A DNA stretch of 64,000 nt from Kudoa neothunni (Eukaryota; Animalia; Cnidaria). Both the position numbers and the translations under genes were made by a program. The notes under the pieces are model-generated. The model was not told the origin of the DNA. It worked only from the letters and a program-made list of their open reading frames with translations, and did not search any database. Shown one piece after another: positions 12,986 through 26,935 of this stretch (positions are counted from its first letter, which is position 1; every line of letters starts with the position of its first letter). Where the stretch lies: NCBI GenBank assembly GCA_964304625.1, contig OZ199840.1, positions 5,507,200 through 5,571,199 of the forward strand. The letters are read 5' to 3'.

Positions 12986-14533
12986 TAAAATATTACATTA
13001 GCGTACTGTTACTACTCCTTGATCCACAAATAGTACGATTAAAAATAGAAGAGATATTCAATTTCTTGTGAAGTCGTCTTTCTTTTTCATGCAATCATAA
13101 CAGATGTACCTGATGATAATCTTCCAAACAGGTCTCCAGAGAGCAAAAATATACCCACTATTGCAACAGCGGAGTGTGTGTATTTAAACTATTTCCTCAC
13201 ATTAAACGTAACTTGAAAAAAAGTAGTGTTATTTTGATGTAAACGCGATGTGACCTGGAAAAACATCAAATGGAATAATATTTACACCGTTTGCAGGGTG
13301 TATAGATTGTGTGTGGTGGACAAAAAAATCTAATACAATGTAACGTGTTGTAGTCGTCAGCCACAAAATTGGATTCCAAAATTTACTAAGGTTAGATGAA
13401 TATTTATGTACTTTATATTATGTTTAGAGTATTTAACTGGTTAAAATTGACCCGAATAACAAAGAGTTCATCTCTCGTGATAGTTGGTTTACGGTATCCA
13501 GGGAAAAATAATAATTGACTTATGGTGCCTCTAAGACATTAATACTTTTGAGATTCGGCGAAAAATAACCAGAAATTCGTTTATGCGATTTTTATAAAAC
13601 AAACTAAAAAATTTGTCTGACGGACATATTGACGTTTGTGTTCTAGATTTAAAACCTAATTTTAATGCATTTTAATGCGGTGTTTTATATATCTAAAGAA
13701 CAATTCACAAGAAGGTGTAAATCATTTTAGGCACCTAGCAAAGGGTATTTTAAATAGTTTTGAGATTGATTCCGCCTTCTAAGTGATCGTTTTGCCAACT
13801 GTTAAAGTAGTAAGGAGGAGTTTCCAAGTAATAAGTTTATCACTCATTTTAGCAGCATGTTATCAATAAATTTGTCATTAATAGTTCAAAATGAGTTAAA
13901 ATCTATTGTTATATTCTAAGTGGTACTCTCGTTTGTATAATTTTTTAATTCATCGATTTTTCCAGTAAAATAAAACTTATTAAAAAGTATACTTGTATAA
14001 CGGGAGTTAAAAGCGGACTATCCCTCAAATCTCTTAAGATGTTAAACAAATTCGGTTATTGATGTTAAGTTATTTGAAAACATTAAATATTTTCTTGATA
14101 TCTATCGAATGGCATAAATGTAATAAAAATATTCTAATTAAATTTTGTATTATTCAATAAAAATCTGTTTAAATAAGGGGCGAACATTATTTTACAAAGT
14201 ACCTCCAAAAATAATTACGTTCTATTTTGGCACCATTAACTGAATTATTTGATTCCCCTTTGATTGATGTATTTTAATAATAATGTGTGTATCTTAGTTT
14301 TACTACATTATAAGACAAGTAAATGGGTTAAATTAAAAAAAGATCATTTTAAAATAAAATCATTTCGCTGTCTAATATATTTTAGGAATTATGATCAAAC
14401 AATCGATAGAATCTAAATATATTTAATTATTTTATTTAACATAATATTGATTACACAAGTTATGATAGATTTCTTTGTTTGAAGTAATTTTTTATTAAGC
14501 CGGCTGTGAAAACGAAAAATATTCTCGTAACGA

Positions 14534-17395
14534 ATGAACAATAGAAACACTCTTAATCATCCTCAGAGTTTAAAGTGCACAGATAAAATAATCAGAACGT
14601 ATTTGTATCCATACACAAATTCGAATGGAGGTTGTAGTACGTATAATAATTCCGCGTTTACTAACAAGTACAGCGCCATGAGTAATCAAATTAGTTTACC
14701 AGCCCGTAAGAGGCACAATAATAATGGGGCATATCCGCCAGCAGCATCACAACTTTTGGCATTCGATCCCAACGTTTTGGAAAGAACCGGTGCTGAAAAA
14801 TTTATTTATACCTCACACGCTCCTTCTGGTAGTATTTATAATTCTTTCAAAAAGAAGCCTAATAACTTTATAAAATTAGCAACAGAAAATTCCACTGATA
14901 TCTTTTGGTCAGGACACAATGAAATAAATCGACAACCACAGCAACCTTTGACATTTGGCTCGGATTATATTGGGAAAAATTTGAGTGGATCATCAGCGCT
15001 TGTCACATCTCATTACTCTTCGTACACGCCCAATCCTTTACTAAAAGGTTCATCTACTAACTGGTCTTGCTGTAGGAATCAATTTTCCTTCATAAACAAT
15101 CCGGTAAAATATCAATTAGCTACATCATCAACTAATGCAGATATTCAATATACTTGCGTTCCCAACCTTAATACCACTGATTGTAGCAATACAATTGGCC
15201 ACAATGATAATCATACTAATGGTATTTTAACTTACTCTTTTTTTGAGAATAATTATAATATAGTTGATGACAAACAGTATTATAAAAGTAAAGTTTCAGA
15301 TGAACTTAACACAAGTTACAAACACGACATTAATCAACGTGCCAATGATTGTTTTCAGCTGGAATTTACTAAATCAACTTACTTGAGCTATTTAAAAAAT
15401 TACATTTATAACAAAGATGTACCTATATATTCGATTGTAAATGGAGCTGGAAATCAACTACAAGAAGAGATTGCGACATGCAATAGCAATGAGTCCTCTG
15501 ATATCGCCACCACAATCACTGAGTTAGTGGATGAAGGTAATGATTTTATTATTGAAATAAATCTACTCACAAGTAGCAATTAAACGATATAATTTGACAA
15601 AAATCATCCTTCAAAAAGAAGAAACCAAGCAAAATAAAAACTCTCAAACAACATTGAGTGGACAAATCCAACACAACCTATGTGTGTTATCAAAGCAACA
15701 AACTCTGGTCGATTATGATGCCTCGTCAATTTCCCCCCACTCGAACATTCTAGCTAAAAAAAATCAATTGGGTGATAAACATAACAACGAAAACAAAATA
15801 ACGCAAATGACAACTCAATATCAAACTGAGTGTTCGTTGCAATTTTTTAATGAACGAGTGGATCCTCACGCGAATATTTTAATAAATGGAGGTCAGCCAA
15901 CTTCAAAAAATGGATTTATAAATTACATGAACCTAAATGGTACTTGTGCTGCATCTTCCAAAAAAAGGAACGATCATACCATAGCAAGATATGAGCCATT
16001 CCCAAAAATATCCCCAATAACACCTCCATCAAATTTACCTGTCATTGTGCAGAATGGATTTAGGCCGATTGTCATTGGTAATGTATCCACTCTAAAATTC
16101 AGTTGGATAAATATTGTTTAAGACAAATCTAAAGTGATTTCCAATTATCCAATAGGGTTAAATGTGTATGGCTATTACGTTAGACATTATGTGTTACCAA
16201 GTATAGATTAATAGAGTAATCCGATATGTATTTTTATTGATATGAAACTGTAGACCTTCACATTGAATCCCTGCCAGACTCACTGTATAAATTGTATCTG
16301 TTGTATCAAATCGGAAAAATTGATTGTTCGTATTTTTTTATTGAGCATTTGTTATTCCAAATAAAAGACATTCAAAGTTGGCTCCCTTTCTTATCTTATG
16401 GCAACGAATTCAAGGTGAACAAAGAAGGAAGGTAAATAACACATTTTTGATAGTTGTCGATAATGCGGTAAAAACGGGGAATGAAAATTAAATTTTGAAT
16501 TAGGAAAATATTCCCAAGAATAGTATTCATTCCTAGAAACCTCAACCCGAAAACAAAATACAGTTTTTCTCTGAAATTCTGTCCAATCAAAATGCACACG
16601 GGGAATGGAGAATACAGGGAATTCACAGAGATTATGCAATGAAGGGAGCCCATTGGATGAACCACCATATCTCATTTGCGGAAATCAAACTGACAAACAA
16701 CCGAAAACATGAAGCCGGGAACAATATGGTCTCCATACTATCATCATATATTGCTTTGTTCCACTAAAATGTGTCTTTTTATAGGTTGTGCTAAAATCTT
16801 CCGAAAAATACGTCGTTAAACTTAAAGTAACTATACATGACAATGAATTTGGAAATGCATCAAAAACATCATCATTTTTCGGATCGGTAAATGTGATACG
16901 ATTTCATTCAAGAACATCATACACTTATTTTGAGGTAAATTTCAGTTGGTATACGCATTGATGTTGTTATTAATTCGAATTCTATTTATTCAGATAAATG
17001 AAATGAATAAGAGATTTAACAAATACGCTAATGGAGAAAGAGGAGGAAAGGACTTTGGTAGAAACAAACGGGACGATCAACGAATAAATTTTTATAATAG
17101 TATTTGATTTATGAGTGTTGTTGTGCGTTTGGCCGGTAGAAACTTTACCGATTTCTCTTTAGCATGTCCAAAATGTCTAGAAACTTCGTCTTCACCTCAT
17201 GACCAATCCACAGCTACTACTCATCTACGATTTTTGAGAAATATATCCAACAATGTTCGATTCATTCCTTGCGAGGGTGTTTACGGATTAGATCACAGCG
17301 ATGATACCCTTTTGAAGATTGTGCTTGATGCAGAATGTACCCCTGATTATATTCAATGTCCGATCTTTAGAGTATGGCAGAAACCGGAACACTAA
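14534..17395 (+). CDS. Divergent T-box transcription factor with a long N/S/T/Q-rich N-terminus and an apparent frameshift inside the T-box
   Basis: Spliced exons give SWLPFLSYGNEFKVNKEGR|KIFPRIVFIPRNLNPKTKYSFSLKFCP, then (other frame) GEWRIQGIHRDYAMKGAHWMNHHISFAEIKLTNN, |VVLKSSEKYVVKLKV and |INEMNKRFNKYANGER. These are colinear with the T-box consensus LW..F...GTEMI.TK.GRRMFP, HPDSP..GAHWM...SF.KLKLTNN, LNSMHKY and I.QLKI..NPFAKGFR. ORFs 14534-15583 and 15594-16121 are read as 5' exons. Confidence 0.85.
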
Positions 17396-18540
17396 TACGA
17401 GCAGTACTAAATAACTGGCTACGTTTTATTAATAAAAATATTCTCTACTTCTTCCTGGTTTTTTCGATTGATCAATCTATTATTTTGTTAGACATCAAGT
17501 TAATTTTTCCTCACATACATATTATACATATACACATATACATTTATTTATGTTTATTCCGTTTTAATACTTTTATGTGTTGCTGAATTCTTATCGTTCA
17601 ACGTTCAACCCTAAAGTTTCGATACGTACATTTTCTTAGTTCAGCAAGCGCGCAATTCAATTTAAACTTTTCAAGATGAAGAAAAAACTTACTTTCAGGG
17701 TATTTTCATAATTTAATGGTTTCCATGGCATTTTATATTTAGTGAACTTAAAAAAATGTTTAATATTAAGGCAAAAATATTTTCAATGAATAAAATTTCA
17801 TGTAAATGCGTGTGTAACTATTTTTTTACTTAACAAGAAGTCATTTTGGCTTATTTCAAAGTCTATATATCTTTTTCACAACAACTATCAACCCCTCCCT
17901 AAGTCATGTGAAATCTGATATAATTTTTACATGAAAATAAAACGAATTTTGAGTAATACTCGAAAATATAATGTTACGGAGTTTCAGTTTGACATAAACT
18001 TTTTTAATTTAACAAAAAATTTAAATAAGAATAATAAAAAATAATCTTTGGATTATAAAGATGGGAAAAATGAGAACATTTGGAGTTGTTATGTATTATG
18101 CCCCGTTACTAATTGCGAGTGTATAGGATTTCTCAAGATTCAGTAGTTATTCGTTATTGCTAATTTTTTTCTCTCAATATTTCATAATCTAACTATAAAA
18201 ATTGCGAAAAAATAAAATGAATGCAAGACGGTGACTATATAATACCATACACTCTTGATTACTCGTGTATTTCCATATTTCCATTAAAAATAATCACCTA
18301 TTTCTAAAGAAAATTCAAAATTTAAACCCAATAGAGAGTTTCATGACTTGGAATTTTATGATCTACACACTTTTTAACATAAGACATTTTAAAATATATT
18401 AAGCACATTTATATATTTAAATACTCCGAAATAATAAAAATTTCCAATCATTAATAGAAGAATTATCTAACAACTTTTTATACAAAATATTCAATTTATG
18501 GATATAGCAGATAAGGAGAGTTCACACGATCGATCAAATG

Positions 18541-18666
18541 ATATCATATAGCATCATATGGCATCATATAGCATCATATGGCATCATATAGCATCATATG
18601 GCATCATATAGCATCATATGGCATCATATAGCATCATATGGCATCATATAGCATCATATAGCATCA
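18541..18666. repeat. Minisatellite, 10-bp unit GCATCATAT(A/G) alternating as a 20-bp period
   Basis: About 12.5 units of gcatcatata/gcatcatatg seen directly. Confidence 0.95.
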
Positions 18667-20168
18667 TTTGGGTAGAAAATTAATAATAACTCTTCAAAAA
18701 ATTCGAACCCGCATAAAAAGAACAAAAAGTATAAATGAATATCGACAAATATCGACGAATATCTTTAGCGTGTGTGAAACGAAAATCAATATGCAGGATC
18801 TGGTTTAAACAAGCACATAACAAGAATATAATCGAACTGTTTTGTGTTAATCCAGTAGATTCTCGAACAAGAATACCTACAGCAAATTCGACCATGCAGT
18901 ATCGGAGATATCAAATAATCAATAGAAACACAAATATTTTTCAAGCAGAAAATTAATACCCCTCATACGTTGAATTAGATAGCAGCGAATATAACAAAAT
19001 ACAGAATATCGATCCAAGCAGTGACTAATCCGACTGGGCATTTCAAACAATCCGCTAATCCGAGGAGTGTGTAGGTTTGACTTTGTAGTCAGCTATTAAT
19101 TTGAACGAATTTTGCTACACCAACTGTATGCAAAAGTAAGATTAACCATCAGTTCGATAAATTTTGAATAATGCTATAAATATCTATAATTATCAACAAA
19201 TATTTCTACTCCTCATCCACATAAATAGATCGCGGTGATTTGTTAACAAGACAAGTTGGTAATGGCTCACAAAGCATTAGCTCTATAAATAATAGTTCCC
19301 AATCCTAAAATGATATCTACATCTTATTACATTCTCACCAACACCTTATCAATCCCTAAAGAATTTATTTTCTTCATTTGTAAATTAAATTAATCATTCC
19401 TGATTCCACACATATTTTCACATGTATTCGGCTAATTCTATCATTAAAGTCAATTGAATTATCCATTTTTAAGGTAATAACTACCACCAGCAAAACAAAA
19501 TAAGCAAATTACAGCAGTATTTTTAATGTTAGAACAACTCTACACCGATTGGACTTTAAATCCTTCGTTTATATAGTGAGCTATCGGTGAATAATTATCA
19601 CGGAAACAACACCCTAATATTAGCAGCTCCACACACTCAGCCGCCAATATTGATTATTCACACAGAGTTGGACGAATAATCAATAGCCGAATCGATATTT
19701 TAACACCTTTATTGCTTCAAAACAATTCTCATTTGTTTATTTTTATTTGGACAAATTTAAAAGCTCAATAAAATCCCAACTCACATCCAATGATCAAATC
19801 ACACCTAATAATAATTAATAGTTTGGTTGAGTGGATGTTTGTTTTGAATGTTGGCTGTGTGTGGTCACATGACTATAATGGTGTGAAGACCAATGTAATG
19901 AGTAGCGAGTAGATTTGGTCGGATAAATTAATCCAATTATGATTGCCACTGTAGTAACAACTTGTATCAGTCTGATTCCTTAACTAACCCACTCAATAAG
20001 TGTGGTTTATCACTTTGAAACGAACTCATTACGAGTGTTGATCATCGTTAACACAGTTATTTTGAATTTAATCCCCACAAGATCGCCAACTCCAAACATA
20101 ATCAAGGTGGATTAACTATGTGACACTTGTATTGGATTGTTGTTGATCCTCTTTTATAGTGAGAAAGA

Positions 20169-23100
20169 ATGTCGTTGAAGCCGCATAAAAAACCAAAAAC
20201 AATATATTTTGAAGTGGCCTGGGAAGTTGTAAATAAAGGTATATAACAAATTTGAAGGTGATTATTGGAAAAATTGGTTTTTCTTGTGTAAAAGTTGGAG
20301 GAATTCATACCGTGATCAAATCGAAAGCTCCTGTCACAACCGGTGAATTAGGAACTAGCTACTACATGCTAGGGACGTATGATCCACGATTTGCTACAGC
20401 TGATGTGGATTTGAAGGAGCCAACCGATCCAATTTTGGAGGATGCCTTGAACACGTTACGGACTAATGGTACCAAGGTGATTTTGATTTATTTTATTATT
20501 ATTAAACGATTATTCGATATAATAAATAAATAAATATATATATTTTATTTATTTATTTATTTATTCATTCATTTATTCATTCATTCATTTATTCATTCAA
20601 TTGTAGGTTTATAGTGGAAAATGGTTGATTGAGGGTTATCCTAATGTAAGTTATTGATTAAATTTTTACGTTAAAATGATAAAAATAATTGATTTAATTA
20701 AATTCTTTTGGAATAATAGTAATTAATAATAACAGCGATAATTTAATTGAATTTTTTGTAGTATTTTATCGTAAATAACGCATTAGGTTATTCTTTTCGA
20801 TATCTCATCCGCATACAACAATATCGACGGATGGCGATTGGAACTAGCGGAAAAATACAACATCTACGTGCCCTGGAATGACAAGGAAGGATCTGACGTG
20901 ATTGTGTTTGGTGGTGTGGTTGCTTGGTTTATAAATGAGGTTGAGAAACGACTTCCTCGAAAACGCAGTATATGTGCTCATTTTCACGAGTGGCTTTCAG
21001 CAGTGGGGTTGATTTTTATTAAAAAATGGCGGCCAAACGTAGCCACTATTTTTACCACCCATGCAACATTAATGGGCAGACATTTGTCTGCTGCTCATCA
21101 TGACATCTACCATCACATGGGCCATTTCAATTTGGATAAGGTGAGTGGATTTTTGCGTTATTCGAACGAATATTTTGATCGATTGGAAATTGGATCATTT
21201 ATTTGTAGGAAGCTGGAGATCGTAAAATCTACCACTGTTATTGCATCGAAAGAGCAGCCGCACACACAGCTGATATTTTCACCACAGTCTCTCATGTGAC
21301 AGCAGACGAAGCCACAATGTTCATGGGAAGACGACCCGATATTATCACTCCTAATGGCTTGAATGTGATCAAATACTCGTAACTATTATCCGCATATTGG
21401 CATATTTAATCTAACAATACTTTTGAGTAGAGTTTTGCATGAATTTCAAAACAAACATGCAATCTCCAAATGTAAAATAAATAAATTTGTGTCAGGACAT
21501 TTTTCCGGGTAATCTCTTATTCGCTGGATGCTCTGTTGATTATTGAAATAGAAATTATGATTTTGACCTCGAGAAAACATTGTATTTTTTCAGCGCTGGA
21601 AGGTAAACATTTGTTCTGTTTATTATTTAAATCCACCTTTTTTCAATGTTAAGATACGAATATTCAAATAAAGGAGTGGATTTGCTGCTTGAAGCGCTTG
21701 CTCGATTCAACGCTCATCTTAAAGTAAAACTGCTTTATTTTATATGCAATAAGTTTGTCTTTTTATTAGGCGACAAACAGCGACATCACCGTGGTTGTTT
21801 TCCTTGTCTTCCCAACCGCTGTACATCATCACAATGTCGAATCGTTGAAAGGACAAGCTCTACATAAACAACTTGTGTAAGTGTTTATTGGATTGTTCAG
21901 CTTCGAAATTATAACCCAAGTTTGAATGAAATGATTGATCTATAGTGATACTATTAATGAAATCAAGAATAAAGTCGGCGAAAAACTTCTTGACAGTGTA
22001 TCAAGGTAAATTTTTGGAATGGATGGTCATTTTAATGTTGATTTCTCTGTTAGACGTACGTTGCCTGATGCTGATGAACTTTTGGATTGTGATGATATTA
22101 TGAAGATGAAAAAATATCTCATCTCTTCGAAAGTTTGTTAATGTGGCTATTTATTCGAAATGATAGAAATTTTTATTGTAGAGATCACTTTTCCCACCAA
22201 TCTGCACACACAATGTAGTAAATGATTGTGGTGATCCAATTCTGTGCACATTACGGCGTTTCAATTTGGTCAACGATCCCAAGGATAGAGTTAAAGTGAC
22301 AGAATTTTTAAAAACAATGAAATTATTGGTGGTGATAGGTGGTCTTCCATCCAGAATTTCTCAACTCCACCAGCCCCCTCTTCCCTATGGACTATGAGGA
22401 TTTTGTTCGTGGTTGCCATCTTGGCATATTCTGTTCTTACTATGAACCTTGGGGTTACACACCGGGTATGTGTGAGACGATTTATTTATTGACTTATTAG
22501 TTGATTTGTGTGAGTTGTAATTTTTCGATGTGGCCTATTTAGCTGAGTGCACTGTCATGGGTGTACCTTCGGTTACCAGCAATCTTACCGGATTCGGCGA
22601 ATACATGTACTCCAAAGTGAGCTATCCTGACAACTACGGAGTATACATTGTTGATCGACGATTCCAGACATTTGACGAAAGTGTTAACCAACTGAATGAT
22701 GTAATTATTTTTGTCCATTCCATTCTATGTTATATCCCATTATATAATGATGATAATGATAATGATAATGATGATCTATATTATAGTATCTCATCCGATT
22801 CACCAGCCAAAACAAACGGCAACGCGTCGTCCAACGCAATAGATGTGAACGATTGAGCGAGTTGTTGGACTGGAAACTCCTTGGAAAAGTAACAGATTTA
22901 TATATCATATATTTAAATTCACAATCGATAATAGTACTACAAAAAAGCTCGGCAAAATGCTCTCCACAAAGTCAACCCCAACAACTATGAATGCTATGAA
23001 AATACCGAAGATGACATGGAAATATTGGTTAACATATTTTATTCGACTTAAAAACAATAAACTCTTACTGCCCTATAGAATAGCCTATCTGTACAACTTA

Positions 23101-23243
23101 GAAGATCATTGTCCATGTCCACATTCACCGAAGTTGATGATTATGAATTCAGTTGTTACGATGACGACGACGAGGAAGACGAGTCAGAATCTCACGCCAA
23201 TTCTGCCAGTAATAGTCTCACATTCTCAAAATCCAACGTTTAA
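20169..23243 (+). CDS. GYS: Glycogen synthase (GT3), about 17 exons
   Basis: [10 protein letters not shown]|[61 protein letters not shown]|[38 protein letters not shown]. All introns GT-AG. Stop TAA at 23241-23243. Confidence 0.97.
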
Positions 23244-24130
23244 TCTTTCCGTTGTTGTCTATTTAGCAAAACCCGCCTAATATCACACATTATTGTTTCT
23301 ACTATCTATTATTATTAGTATTGCTTGATTCTTCACATTTTATCAATTTTCTCAACAGCGCCAACAGTAGTTTAGCGAGTAGAAAAATTTTTGTGGTTGT
23401 ATGTTTGATATTGTGTGATTTTTGGTGCTGTTCCATTATTTTATTGCATTTTTGTTCATATGATGATTAAAACCACAATTACGTTATTTTAAAACAGGTG
23501 TCCACTTTAGATGGCCGGCGGCCTGCTGCGAGAAAAATTTGACTCGGGATATTTTCTCATGTGACCCGAGTGGGGGAAAGTGATAAAGTTAAATGTTTGT
23601 ATATTATCATAAAATACTTTTATAAGTTTCTCTATTCTTGCATCTTATAATCGACCTTTTCAGAACAACAAGAAATTTTATGAAAGATTAAATGGAGTTA
23701 TTCAAATATTATACGCCATTTTCTAAATATGAATGTGTAAAAAAATAAAGATTAAATTTCCCTAAAAATAGATTTCTTACTTATTTTTACTGATTGTATG
23801 ATACCAGTCTTATTGTGGCAGATGATGATGTTTAATTATGATTCTTTACTACATCGAACCATCACTCAATTATAAAAACATTTCAATCAATATAAATAAA
23901 GTCAGCTAAATTTTTAAATAAAAAATAATTATTTCCTCCAAAAGAAATCTCAGGACTTTGTTGTTATACTTTTCTCGCGCTGAAGTGAAAAAATATGATT
24001 CTTATGAAAAAAATATACATTTTCCAAGTCGATTTTCAATTTTATCATGAAAAAATCATTACAGCTACAGGATTTATATATATATTCTGACCCGCCTTCC
24101 AGTTTAGAATGACTATCCAGCCCGGCAACG

Positions 24131-24242
<112 letters not shown>

Positions 24243-26439
24243 AGGGCAAAAATGAGAAAACGATGGTCTTCGGAGTCTCACCTAATAAAACATACTCCGA
24301 TATACTCCCAAGCCCAATAATTAACATAATTACTCCACAAGTTTCTTAAAATTAATTAAATGAGTTTGAGTTTAGAGTGCGTTTAAAGGTGAAGAGGGAT
24401 TTTATTTGTATTATTCTTCGTGTAAAAAAGTCTATTTTGAATTTTAATAGGGCTGCACCAAGACCACATGTGAAATTTTAATTGTTTTAGACGTTTGTTA
24501 TATTCTAATGAGATTTGGTCAAAACTTTTAGTCATTCAAACAAATTTTGCATTTCTCCAAAATTTACTGATTTCACTTAATAAGCAAACCTAACTGGATT
24601 GTATTATCGGTCAGTAAAATATTAATTTTCTCAAATTTTTTGATATCCATGTAATGAATAACTAGTTAATTTAGTAAGGTAAAACAAATATTTTGCGTGA
24701 GATTGGTATTATTTATTCATGAACACATCAAACCATGAATAATATACTTTATGAGATAATTAAATTGTTCGCTTGCCATATTTTTATAAGATAATAGCGC
24801 GAACTGCCTGTCGTTTCTTCACAACATTCAAAAAATATCATGTTTCAAATTGATTTATACAAGCAGTTAAACTACTTTTTTAAGCATCGTACATTGTCGA
24901 TTTTGATTTCGAAATCTAAATCATGATCATTTCTGTGCAGAAGTGTATCAATCCTCGTTTTTAATTAACCATTTCTCGTTCCAGCACCAACGCTAAATAA
25001 TTTAAGGTCAGTGTCATATTTATTTTCGTTCCCGAATTATTTAAACTCTCTTCAAGTGCAATCTAATCAATTTAATACGTTATTTTTTGGTCCGGGAGAT
25101 TTATAAAGTCGAATTGTGGACTTTCTTGGAAAATGTGTGCACCACTAACTTTTGAAGGGATAAAAAATAGAAAAATTAATAGAGATCAAGAAAATTAATT
25201 TTTATTGCCCAAATTAATATCCTTTGACCCCACATAAACTTTAATGCGCTTTGTTCAACTAACCTTGAATTATTTTGTTTCTTTCTTAGTTATTAACTCA
25301 AAAGTTATTTATTATTACTATCAAAATTTGTATTATTGATATAGAACAATTTTATATGAATTAACTTTAAAAATAAACTTTTTTCAAATTTCACGAAAAC
25401 ATCTCATTATTCACTATAATAAAAATACTTTATGAACTTTTAAATATATACATTGAAGTAACAAGATATGTTTTAGTTTTTAATTTTTTTTATTTAATTA
25501 TTTACTAGAAATGAAGATGTTATTCAGTTCCTATTATTTTATTATAATTCAGGAACCTAATTTTTAAAAATGATTAAATTTTTCTACCTTAAGTATGTGA
25601 AAAATGTTCTATATGCCAAAAATTCCTAACAACAAATTTGACCAAATATGCTAATTGTGAATATTTCAAGATGTCAATACAATATGTTAATTATGGTTAT
25701 TATTTATATCGGTGCATATATATTGCATTAAAAATAATTATTTTAAAGAAATAACAATTTTTTCGTTTTTATATTTTGTTATAAGTACATTTTTACATTT
25801 ATCGAATGCTATACTAAACACACTTGTAAGAATTGCTCCTAAAACTAAATAACTTCTAATAATCTATCTTAAGTTACTTCCCTGTTGAAATTAAATGTTG
25901 ATAAACTATTTAAAAAAACTCATCAGCTTCAAGGAAATTAAGAAAATATATTTTGAGAGCATGTAGTTGTCCTCTCGCTTTTAAACTATTCTCATACTTG
26001 AACCCTATAAAAACCTGTACAATTAAATTTGATATTTTAAAATTTGTGTTTATATGGTAAGAAATATTAAATTGAACCGAGTTTTGAATGCTTATCAGAA
26101 CAAATCAGAGACGAATTCAATTTTTGTCGAAAAAAGATAGAGATTACACGTGTCGTGTATCCAACATCCAACCCAACCGCGTTCGGATGAAAATTTCTCA
26201 AAATTTTTATTATTTTGAGCTGAATTTTTCCTCTCCATATTATTTTATTTTTTGTTCTATTATCAAGAATCGTGAAAAAACATGCGCAAGAGGACGTTTT
26301 CTAGGTGTCGCATACTTTGCCATTACGTGATATTTTATTGAAGGGCCTAATGAATATTGCAAACCCAATATGTTTTTTGTATTATTCAACGGTGAAATGC
26401 GTAAAGATTTATAAGAATGTAAAAATAATTTTAAATTAA

Positions 26440-26935
26440 ATCAATTATGGATGTTATTAAGTCAAAAGCATTTTTTTATTACTTATATCAACAATATAAA
26501 AATGGCGTAAAACCTAAAAATAAACATTTATTACCTAGTTTTGAATACAAAGTGGAATATTACGTCATATTTTATAATCTACATTAATATTTTTGTGTGG
26601 TTGAATGTCGCAAGCGTTTACAACTAGTATAATTAATTTACTGAAATGCATTATCTACCAAAATGTTTGTAAAAACTAGCAACAACTGTCTAGTAATAGA
26701 AGGGGAAATCGTTGGTAGGCGGGGGAGCCACGCTGGTGACAACACATTACGACTGCTACTACCAATACTAACTATCTATTTCGGAATTACTTATTACTGA
26801 TTTCCTCCTTTCTTGCGCAAAACACAACAACAACCACAATGCGTTTGAATCATGAAATCCCTAATAATTCTCACTTCAACACATAATCACCCTCGTTTTT
26901 TTTTTAAATTTACTCTCGATTATTTAAAGGTCTAC
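26440..26935 (-). repeat. Dispersed repeat copy B (homologue of 10430-10800) interrupted by a 138-bp insertion
   Basis: The reverse-complement match to 10430-10800 resumes on both sides of 26687-26824. Confidence 0.85.
26687..26824. mobile_element. Putative short solo LTR
   Basis: The insertion is absent from copy A, begins TGT, ends ACA, and is flanked by caac/caac (4-bp TSD). Confidence 0.5.

Noticed and set aside
16581-16617. 37-nt GT-AG intron that might repair the T-box frameshift
   Set aside because: Removal gives the wrong frame and would delete the conserved GEW motif; the alternative acceptor creates TAA.
16391-16675. Two minus-strand ORFs
   Set aside because: Antisense to the T-box exons; no independent support.
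18541-18666. CRISPR-like array
   Set aside because: Pure tandem repeat with no spacers, in a eukaryotic context.
18680-18956. Possible Merlin C-terminal fragment (FCVNPVDSRTRIPT)
   Set aside because: Similarity to NFVDP.TG.HTQ is too weak to call.
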